This document shows positions 1-6,764 of a stretch of DNA of 64,000 nucleotides, in pieces. The stretch comes from Chitinophagaceae bacterium (lineage in GTDB: Bacteria > Bacteroidota > Bacteroidia > Chitinophagales > Chitinophagaceae). The position numbers and the translations under genes are program-made. The stretch lies in assembly GCA_043756605.1 (NCBI GenBank), contig JAYURR010000174.1:4641-68640 (forward strand). The letters run 5' to 3'. The notes beneath the pieces are model-generated. The model ran no database searches and had not been told where the DNA came from. It saw only the letters and a program-made list of their open reading frames with translations. How positions within the stretch are numbered: position 1 is the stretch's first letter; every line of letters starts with the position of its first letter.

Positions 1-322
1 TAGTAAGCATTTTAGCTGCACCTGCAATGGCATGTGTGTGAGCCGGGATGTTGGCCGCCGTTATAGTATTGTTTTCGGTACCCGACATTTGTCCAAGCTG
101 GTAATTGCTGAGGCCCGGGCCGTTACCGGTGCCAACGGCTACCCTGCTCTGCATATTGGGCAGGGCAAAATTGGTGGTGCCGTTACCACCATAGGTTGTA
201 CCTAAAATTGAAAAGAGGGCCTGGTTTTGTGCTATAGCTAATAACTGCCCGTTGCAGTAGGCCCAAAACCGTGGGTTGAATGTTGCAGCGAACATGCGTA
301 TTTCGCCAATTGTTCCTTCCAT
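1..322 (-). CDS. Phage tail-collar domain protein (microcystin-dependent protein-like), truncated by the window edge
   Basis: Manual translation from ATG at 322: MEGTIGEIRMFAATFNPRFWAYCNGQLLAIAQNQALFSILGTTYGGNGTTNFALPNMQSRVAVGTG...PAHTH, the tail-collar signature. Not in the ORF track because it runs off the edge. Confidence 0.92.
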   Translation of the reverse strand, partial: MEGTIGEIRMFAATFNPRFWAYCNGQLLAIAQNQALFSILGTTYGGNGTTNFALPNMQSRVAVGTGNGPGLSNYQLGQMSGTENNTITAANIPAHTHAIAGAAKMLT

Positions 323-453
323 AATAAGTGAGGTTTAAAGTTAGAGTTAATTAAGGTTAAAAAAGTATTGTACTGTAAAAAAGAATAAATGTAAAAAAAA
401 TATTTTGATATGTCAAGCCCTAAAAAAAAACGGGTGAAAATACCTGCTTCATG

Positions 454-993
454 TTAATCCAAAACCCACTTTATCATAAAAGGGTAAGGTGGTACGTTAA
501 GTAACAATGCATTTTTGTCGTCGGCTGTCATACCTTTCCATTGCAGCATGGGTAATCCGAAATAATTTTTATTGGCAAAATTATCAGCAATATAGCTGCC
601 GCCGCCCCGGTAGCCTTCATCATGAAAAACAACATATGGATCTAAACCCAGGTGACTACACGCTGCATAAGACCAGGCAATGGCCATCATTTCCTCTGCC
701 TCCCGCTGCTCCCTTTTTTCGATAGAAGATGCTGTAAGGGTGGGCCTTACGGCAGCAGGCACCACGGCAATATGCCCTGCCTCGTGTAAAATATCACCGG
801 GATATTTTAGTACTTCCCTGTCAATAATAATAACCCCGTTGCGAATGGAAAGCCCTGGCAAAAAACAGGGCTCTTCTATTTTTTCAAACCTTGTTTCTAT
901 ACCTATTCTGTTTAAAAACAAAATACACTTTTCAAGATATTCATCCAGCGGCACCTCACGGAGTGGGATAGCTTCAGTTTTGTTTTGGTGCAT
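454..993 (-). CDS. HExxH-motif hypothetical protein (putative metalloprotein)
   Basis: 179-aa ORF with GDILHEAGHIA and a downstream EEMMAIAWSYAA; same strand and directly upstream of the tail-collar gene. Confidence 0.75.
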   Translation of the reverse strand: MHQNKTEAIPLREVPLDEYLEKCILFLNRIGIETRFEKIEEPCFLPGLSIRNGVIIIDREVLKYPGDILHEAGHIAVVPAAVRPTLTASSIEKREQREAEEMMAIAWSYAACSHLGLDPYVVFHDEGYRGGGSYIADNFANKNYFGLPMLQWKGMTADDKNALLLNVPPYPFMIKWVLD

Positions 994-1318
994 TTTTATT
1001 TGTTATAATTTTATGTGTGAAGATAAATTACAGCCATCTTAAAAATAAATAATTCTCAACAGCCCTTTATTTTTCGGCGTTTTTATGCCAGATGCCGCAT
1101 ACCTGAAAATAAAATGAAAAACATAGCTGTAAAAACCCTGCAAACAATACCAGCCTATAAAATGCAATAATTTAAAAATCACTAACGATGGCGATAGATT
1201 GCCGTTGCGATATATATAATCAAAAAAACTTTGTTGTTATGGAGGATTTTATTTGCATTGTAATAAGTTAAATACTATTTTGTAGCATTAATATTAAACC
1301 AGAACCAACCTCAGCAAC

Positions 1319-2032
1319 ATGAATACAAGGAGAAAATTCTTATTAAGCGGCAGCATGGCTACCGCTGCTTTGCTTACAGCCAAACCCTTTACGAGCATTG
1401 CCAACAGCCTTAGCCCGGTAACCGGTTTCAGAATCAATAACAATAGCCTGGTGCTGGCACATACAGGTAATGCAATACTTTTTGGCACAGGCCCGGCATT
1501 ACAGCAAATTACAAACCTTAAAAAAATTGGTGCTAACCTCATCATGTTACATGCGGGCAATTCAGCCCCAGCCCTGCAACCTCCATATGATGCCTCTATG
1601 CACGCAGGCGAATCTTTTTCTGTTAATGCTGATGATTACAAAATTATTTACAAAGGCGATATAAAAACAGGCGTTATAACTGCCAACAATAAATCTGCTT
1701 GTGCCGAGAGTATTAATACGCTTGCAGTATATCTTAAAAAAGAAAAAAATTGCCAACTGGTGGTATGCCTTTCTCAACTTGGGTTTAAATCAGAAACCGG
1801 CCTGGATGACCTGACACTTGCAGCTACCTCTACACAGCTTGATATAATTATTGGCGGCCATGCTACCAATTTCTGCAAAAGCCCGATGACTACTCTTAAT
1901 AAAAATAAAGAAGAAGTTATCATTAACCATGCCGGCACTAATGGGTTCGCTTTACGCAAAATTGAAATCGGTTTTGATAAGCAAGGCAGAAAATATCAGC
2001 TTGCATTTACAAGAACCAGTTTGCCGGCCTGA
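1319..2032 (+). CDS. Twin-arginine-leader protein, degenerate 5'-nucleotidase/metallophosphoesterase homolog
   Basis: RRKFLL leader; remnants LAHTGN, LHAGN, YKIIYKGDIKTG, LVVCLSQLG, DIIIGGH follow the order of the 5'-nucleotidase N-terminal domain, but most metal ligands are changed. Confidence 0.7.
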   Translation: MNTRRKFLLSGSMATAALLTAKPFTSIANSLSPVTGFRINNNSLVLAHTGNAILFGTGPALQQITNLKKIGANLIMLHAGNSAPALQPPYDASMHAGESFSVNADDYKIIYKGDIKTGVITANNKSACAESINTLAVYLKKEKNCQLVVCLSQLGFKSETGLDDLTLAATSTQLDIIIGGHATNFCKSPMTTLNKNKEEVIINHAGTNGFALRKIEIGFDKQGRKYQLAFTRTSLPA

Positions 2033-2062
2033 TAATATCTGTGTATTTCAGCAAATTAATTA

Positions 2063-2779
2063 ATGCAGATCATCAAATACCTTCAATTGCCTTTTTATTT
2101 TGATGCAGGTTTATTGCAGCAGGAGGTTGATGCTATATCCCTGATGCAATGGCAACCGCACTACCAGATAAAACACTATGATGGTGAATGGAGTGCCATT
2201 CCATTACGCAGCATTGGCGGCAAGGCCGATGATATCATTATCTCTCCCTCCAACAACCGGGATTACCGGGATACTGTTTTTTTAGAAGGCAGTCCTTATC
2301 TGCAAAAAATATTACAAACCTTTCAATGCACACTGCAGGCAGTGCGGTTGCTGAAACTGAATACAGGCAGCAGTATTAAAGAACACCGTGATGCTGAACT
2401 GAATTTTGAAAACGGTGAAATACGTTTGCATATTCCGGTAATCACGCATGCTGATGTGGAGTTTTTTCTGGACAAAGAAAGATTGTTTTTAAAAGAAGGC
2501 GAATGCTGGTATATGAATTTTAACCTGTTGCATGCCATCAATAATAACAGCCCCGTAAACAGGGTACACCTGGTTATTGATGCGGTGGTAAATGATTGGA
2601 TTAAAGCATTATTCAACAGTGCAGATATTATTGTAAAAAAAGAAACGGAAGACCTTTCACGGGTTTATGATGAAGCAACAAAGAAAGAAATGATACTACA
2701 GTTCAGGGAAATGAATACTGCTGTAAGCAATAAAATGGCCGATGAACTTGAAGCAGAGATGCTATGTACCTCAGCATGA
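2063..2779 (+). CDS. Aspartyl/asparaginyl beta-hydroxylase domain protein (2OG-Fe(II) oxygenase)
   Basis: WSAIPLRS, VRLLKL...IKEHRD (HxD), RLHIPVITH, LHAINN, RVHLVID motifs. Confidence 0.88.
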   Translation: MQIIKYLQLPFYFDAGLLQQEVDAISLMQWQPHYQIKHYDGEWSAIPLRSIGGKADDIIISPSNNRDYRDTVFLEGSPYLQKILQTFQCTLQAVRLLKLNTGSSIKEHRDAELNFENGEIRLHIPVITHADVEFFLDKERLFLKEGECWYMNFNLLHAINNNSPVNRVHLVIDAVVNDWIKALFNSADIIVKKETEDLSRVYDEATKKEMILQFREMNTAVSNKMADELEAEMLCTSA

Positions 2780-2815
2780 CAGAACAAACTTTACAACCCT
2801 TTAGCAACTTAGCGC

Positions 2816-3514
2816 ATGTTTAATAAATTAAAATTGATTAAAGCCATTGTTTACCGGTTTTACAGTTCCATCATCACTTTCATCATTGCATACCTGTTCA
2901 CCAAAAACCTGCTGGCATCTATATCCATCGGCATTATTGATTCTCTGATAAAAATATTTTCTTATTATGCTTTTGATGAAGTATGGGCAAAACTTACCGG
3001 GTTTAAAAACAACCCGGCTGTAATTTTTTTAACTGGTTTAAGCGGTTCGGGTAAAACCACCATTGCCAAAGCGCTGGTTGAAAAATATAAAAAGAAAGGT
3101 GTGATACCGGTACTGCTGGATGGCGATGAAATAAGAAAAGTGATTCACCAGACCGGTTTTGATGAAGAATCGAGAAAGAAGCATAATTTAAATGTGGGTT
3201 ACATGGCATCCTTGCTGGAAAGCCAGGGTAATGTGGTAATTGTATCGTTGATATCACCCTATATAGACATACGGAACGAAATAAGAACCATGTGCAAAAA
3301 ATTTGTTGAAGTACATGTTTGTACCGATATAAAAGTTTGCATACAACGTGACCCCAAAGGTTTGTATGCAAGAGCCATTGCCGGAGAGATAAAAGATTTT
3401 ACGGGGATATCGGCCCCCTATTACGCACCTGAAAACCCAGAAGTTTTACTTGATGCCGGAGTGCTGAGCATTGCAACCTGTACCGATAAAATATTTAAAG
3501 CAGCTAACAAATGA
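2816..3514 (+). CDS. cysC: Adenylyl-sulfate (APS) kinase with N-terminal DUF2061-like membrane domain
   Basis: P-loop FLTGLSGSGKTT, LLDGDEIR, SLISPY, RDPKGLY, FTGISAPY; the first ~58 aa form a hydrophobic hairpin ending YYAFDEVW. Confidence 0.9.
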   Translation: MFNKLKLIKAIVYRFYSSIITFIIAYLFTKNLLASISIGIIDSLIKIFSYYAFDEVWAKLTGFKNNPAVIFLTGLSGSGKTTIAKALVEKYKKKGVIPVLLDGDEIRKVIHQTGFDEESRKKHNLNVGYMASLLESQGNVVIVSLISPYIDIRNEIRTMCKKFVEVHVCTDIKVCIQRDPKGLYARAIAGEIKDFTGISAPYYAPENPEVLLDAGVLSIATCTDKIFKAANK

Positions 3515-3912
3515 GATACAATTTATTTATAGGAAGGTATCAAAGTCCGCACAAGGGGCACATGCATATTTTTGATACTTTTTTAACAGCAGGAAAGCCT
3601 GTATTGATCGCCATCAGAGACATTGAACCAGATGCCGCCAATCCACTAACTGCCGCCGAAGTAAAAACGCTTTGGGAAAAAGTGTATGAAGGTAACCTGT
3701 TGGTGAAAGTGATCATCATACCCGATATTGCATCGGTGAACTATGGAAGAGGTGTTGGTTATGCCATTAATGAGATTGATGTTCCGGAAACCGTTGCAGC
3801 CATATCGGCCACAGAAATAAGGCGGCAGGTAATTGCCGGTGAAGATGGATGGAAGGAATTTGTGGATGGCAATATTCATGAAATGCTGACGGCTTATCTG
3901 CAATCAAAATAA
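3511..3912 (+). CDS. Small HIGH-family (cytidylyltransferase-like) nucleotidyltransferase
   Basis: FIGRYQSPHKGH (HxGH) and ISATEIR motifs; ATGA overlap with cysC. Confidence 0.82.
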   Translation: MRYNLFIGRYQSPHKGHMHIFDTFLTAGKPVLIAIRDIEPDAANPLTAAEVKTLWEKVYEGNLLVKVIIIPDIASVNYGRGVGYAINEIDVPETVAAISATEIRRQVIAGEDGWKEFVDGNIHEMLTAYLQSK

Positions 3913-3987
3913 TTATTTTAGTGAGCTTGCTTTTTTATAATTCAGGAATCATGCTATATTTCAAACAGTTATTCTGTTCTTTGTCTT

Positions 3988-4139
3988 TTACTTTTTTGCT
4001 TCTCCAAAAAAGTAACAAAAAAAGAGCCCCGAAATCGATTACATCCCGATTTCGGGAAGGAGCCCTGATTGAGCTTTTGTACTACTGTAAACTCAAATTC
4101 GGTTCCCTGATTTTTAAGAGTTCAAAAACTGAACCTCTT
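3988..4139. repeat. Intergenic element of three consecutive hairpins
   Basis: ttacttttttg/caaaaaagtaa (3988-4015), cccgaaatcg/cgatttcggg (4028-4056), aagagttca/tgaacctctt (4116-4139). Confidence 0.6.
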
Positions 4140-4176
4140 TTCATAAAAAAACGGATTAGTATTTTATATTTTCAAG

Positions 4177-5145
4177 ATGAGCAATAATTATACAAGTCCT
4201 GTTAAAGGCTGGATTCCAATAAAATTATACGCGGAAGATGAGAGCCTGCTTTGCCGCTGGCTTTATGTTGGCAATAAAGAATTTAAAGAACCTTTTTTTG
4301 ATGAGACCATTTCGGCATGCCGAGCTTTACCAGAAAACGGGCATCTAAAAAGAAGCATGAGCAGCACGGATATGTTGATTGATTTATCAAAAGAGATTGA
4401 CTTTGTTGAACCAACTGCTTTTATATTTCATATCTCCCGCTGCGGCTCTACTTTAATCTCTCAAATGCTGGGCATGCAGCCATCAAATATTATTTTAGCC
4501 GAAGTACCATTTTTTGATGAGTTGTTGCGATATGGGAAGAAGCATAACTGCATGCCAGAGATGTTGCCACAACTTAAGGCTGCCTTTTATTTGTACGGTG
4601 CCGGGCGAAACGAAAATTATAAAAATCTTTTAATTAAAACCGATAGCTGGCATATACATTTTTATGAGGAGTTAAGAGCGTTACACCCTAACGTTCCGTT
4701 TTTTTTATTGTACCGTAAGCCTGATGAAGTATTGCGCTCACAACAAAAAAAAAGAGGCATGCAGGCCATACCCAATTTACTGGAGGCTGAAATTTTTGGA
4801 TTTGATAAAGATAAAATCTCTACCATGCCGTTTGATGAATACATGGGCCTGGTGATAGAAAGTTATATGCTGGCTTTTGAAAATATTTTACAAAAAGATA
4901 AACTTGCTTATGCAATAAACTATCATGATGGTGCCATGCAGATTGTTGATACCATTGCAACTGTTACCGGCTTGCAGATTACAGAAGCAGAAAAACTGCT
5001 GATGCAAAAAAGAGCGGGCTTTCATGCAAAATTTCCCACGCAGGTTTTTAATGAAGTACAGCCACATGAAGCAATGCCTGCTTATTTAAAAAGATCGTTT
5101 GAGCTGTATGATAAAATTGAAGCCAACAGGCAAAACAAAAAATAA
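4177..5145 (+). CDS. Sulfotransferase-like protein
   Basis: FIFHISRCGSTL (5'-PSB-like PAPS-binding loop) and LYRKPDEVLRS (3'-PB-like); lies downstream of the APS kinase. Confidence 0.75.
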   Translation: MSNNYTSPVKGWIPIKLYAEDESLLCRWLYVGNKEFKEPFFDETISACRALPENGHLKRSMSSTDMLIDLSKEIDFVEPTAFIFHISRCGSTLISQMLGMQPSNIILAEVPFFDELLRYGKKHNCMPEMLPQLKAAFYLYGAGRNENYKNLLIKTDSWHIHFYEELRALHPNVPFFLLYRKPDEVLRSQQKKRGMQAIPNLLEAEIFGFDKDKISTMPFDEYMGLVIESYMLAFENILQKDKLAYAINYHDGAMQIVDTIATVTGLQITEAEKLLMQKRAGFHAKFPTQVFNEVQPHEAMPAYLKRSFELYDKIEANRQNKK

Positions 5146-5156
5146 CGGTTAATCAT

Positions 5157-5834
5157 TTACATATCAGCCCACATCCTGAACAAGTTACTATGTGTTTGTA
5201 ACAACAAATTTGTTGCCGGTGCATTGGGCGCCTGCTTAAACAATGCACTGTGTACCTGATTGAGTTGAAATAATATTTGCCGCTGCCCAGGATCTTTTAC
5301 ATTGCTTTGTACCCAGGTAACCGCTGCCACCCTTTCGCCGCTTTTAATTTCATTTACACAATGCAGGTACTGGCATGGATACAGCACTGCATCTCCTTTG
5401 GCAGGTTTAAAATTTGCGGTGCCGGTATCTGACTGGATCATCAGTTCTCCACCTTCGTAGGTTGCAGGGTTGCTTAAAAAAATGGTCATCGCCAGGTCGG
5501 TACGAATTGGAGGGTTGCCCATCATGGGACTATCTACATGCCAGCCGTAATATTTTCCGGTGCTGTATTTACTAACCAAAAAAGGTTGAATATTTTTAGG
5601 CAGTGCGGCAATATTAAACAATGGGCTTTGCGCCAAAGCACCTGTAATTATTTTTTGAATCGCCGCCAGGTTTTCATTATTTGCTTCTATCTGCAAATTA
5701 TTTTTTACCTCTTTTGCAGCCATGCTGGCCGTTAATTTTCCATCCACAAAATTGGCATTTGCTATAAGTGCATCTATTGTTATTAATTCTGCAGCAGTGA
5801 GCAGTTCGGGTATATGCACCAGTTGTTGACTCAT
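5157..5834 (-). CDS. Fe2+/2OG-dependent dioxygenase, PKHD-type (PiuC/YbiX family)
   Basis: FVDGKLTA, YGWHVD (HxD), RTDLAMTIFLS, YEGGEL, LHCV, RVAAVTWVQS. Confidence 0.9.
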   Translation of the reverse strand: MSQQLVHIPELLTAAELITIDALIANANFVDGKLTASMAAKEVKNNLQIEANNENLAAIQKIITGALAQSPLFNIAALPKNIQPFLVSKYSTGKYYGWHVDSPMMGNPPIRTDLAMTIFLSNPATYEGGELMIQSDTGTANFKPAKGDAVLYPCQYLHCVNEIKSGERVAAVTWVQSNVKDPGQRQILFQLNQVHSALFKQAPNAPATNLLLQTHSNLFRMWADM

Positions 5835-5946
5835 AAAATTTATTTTTTTAAAGATAAAAATAACGCAAATAATTACCTTAAATAATTGTAAGCAATCTAT
5901 TTAATAATTATTTCATACAAGACAAATACCAGACACTTCATACTCT

Positions 5947-6034
5947 CTCCATACTCTAACTATGCTTCATCCATACGGCAGCCATGCTTTAGCTATGCTT
6001 TAGCCATGCTTTAGCTATACACTATCTATGCTCC
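5947..6034. repeat. Degenerate 11-bp tandem array (about 8 units)
   Basis: agccatgcttt-agctatgcttt-agccatgcttt-agctatacact-atctatgctcc (5980-6034), preceded in phase by ctccatactct-aactatgcttc-atccatacggc. Confidence 0.7.
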
Positions 6035-6116
6035 TTACTAGTCAACTACCTAGTCCTAAAATATACATGTTATTGTTATTTTACCAATTACACAAACTCT
6101 TTATTATTTTTAACGC

Positions 6117-6590
6117 ATGAAATTTCAATTCTGGAGTGTTGGTAAAAATCATGAGCCTTATGTAAAAGAGGGCATTGAGTTATTTACAAAACGCATCTCC
6201 AATTATTATGCTGTTGAATGGAACATTATTCCCATGCCTAAAAATGCAGCCAGCCTGAGTGAAACAGACCTGAAAAAAAAAGAAGGAGAAATCATAACCG
6301 GGCTTTTGCAAGAAGATGATTACCTGGTGTTGCTTGAAGAAACGGGTAAAATATTAGGCAGCGAAGACCTGGCAAATTTCATTCAGCACCGGGCTAATGA
6401 AAGCACAAAAAATATGGTGTTTTTAATTGGTGGAGCATACGGAGTAAGTGCTGATGTAAAACAACGGGCCAATTACACCTGGAGCTTATCCAAACTTGTT
6501 TTTCCGCATCAACTGGTGCGGTTGATTTTAGCCGAACAGGTTTACAGGGCCTGCAGCATTAACCGAAATGAAAAATATCACCACAGTTAA
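6117..6590 (+). CDS. rlmH: 23S rRNA (pseudouridine-1915-N3) methyltransferase
   Basis: SPOUT motifs FLIGGAYG, WSLSKLVFPHQLVRLILAEQVYRA, KYHH. Confidence 0.96.
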   Translation: MKFQFWSVGKNHEPYVKEGIELFTKRISNYYAVEWNIIPMPKNAASLSETDLKKKEGEIITGLLQEDDYLVLLEETGKILGSEDLANFIQHRANESTKNMVFLIGGAYGVSADVKQRANYTWSLSKLVFPHQLVRLILAEQVYRACSINRNEKYHHS

Positions 6591-6592
6591 AA

Positions 6593-6700
6593 AATTGGCC
6601 CGCAGATTTCGCTGATTACGCAGATTCTAAAAAACTCTTTCTGCGACATCTGCGAAATCTGCGGGCCAATTCATCCGTGAAAATCTGTGCAATCCGTGGC
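6593..6700. repeat. Nonamer-arm extragenic palindrome plus an extra half-arm
   Basis: aattggcccgcagatttcgc (6593-6612) is the inverse of gcgaaatctgcgggccaatt (6652-6671); arms are made of cgcagattt-like 9-mers; followed by atccgtgaaaatctgtgcaatccgtggc. Confidence 0.8.
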
Positions 6701-6740
6701 AAAAACAAAAAAGCCCCGTCCCGTAGATACGGGACAGGGA
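6701..6740 (-). terminator. Intrinsic terminator of the giant T9SS gene
   Basis: gtcccgt-agat-acgggac stem followed by a U-tract on the minus strand. Confidence 0.65.
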
Positions 6741-6764
6741 CTAGCTTATAGTGTACGGATGGAA

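Noticed and set aside
1-322. Tail-collar gene as evidence of a prophage
   Set aside because: No other phage structural, packaging or integration genes; this subfamily commonly occurs in non-phage bacterial cassettes.
1153-1170. Short ORF (MKNIAVKTLQTIPAYKMQ, ending near 1170) as a RiPP-like precursor for the cassette
   Set aside because: Only 18 codons, no leader or core features, AT-rich promoter region; unsupported.
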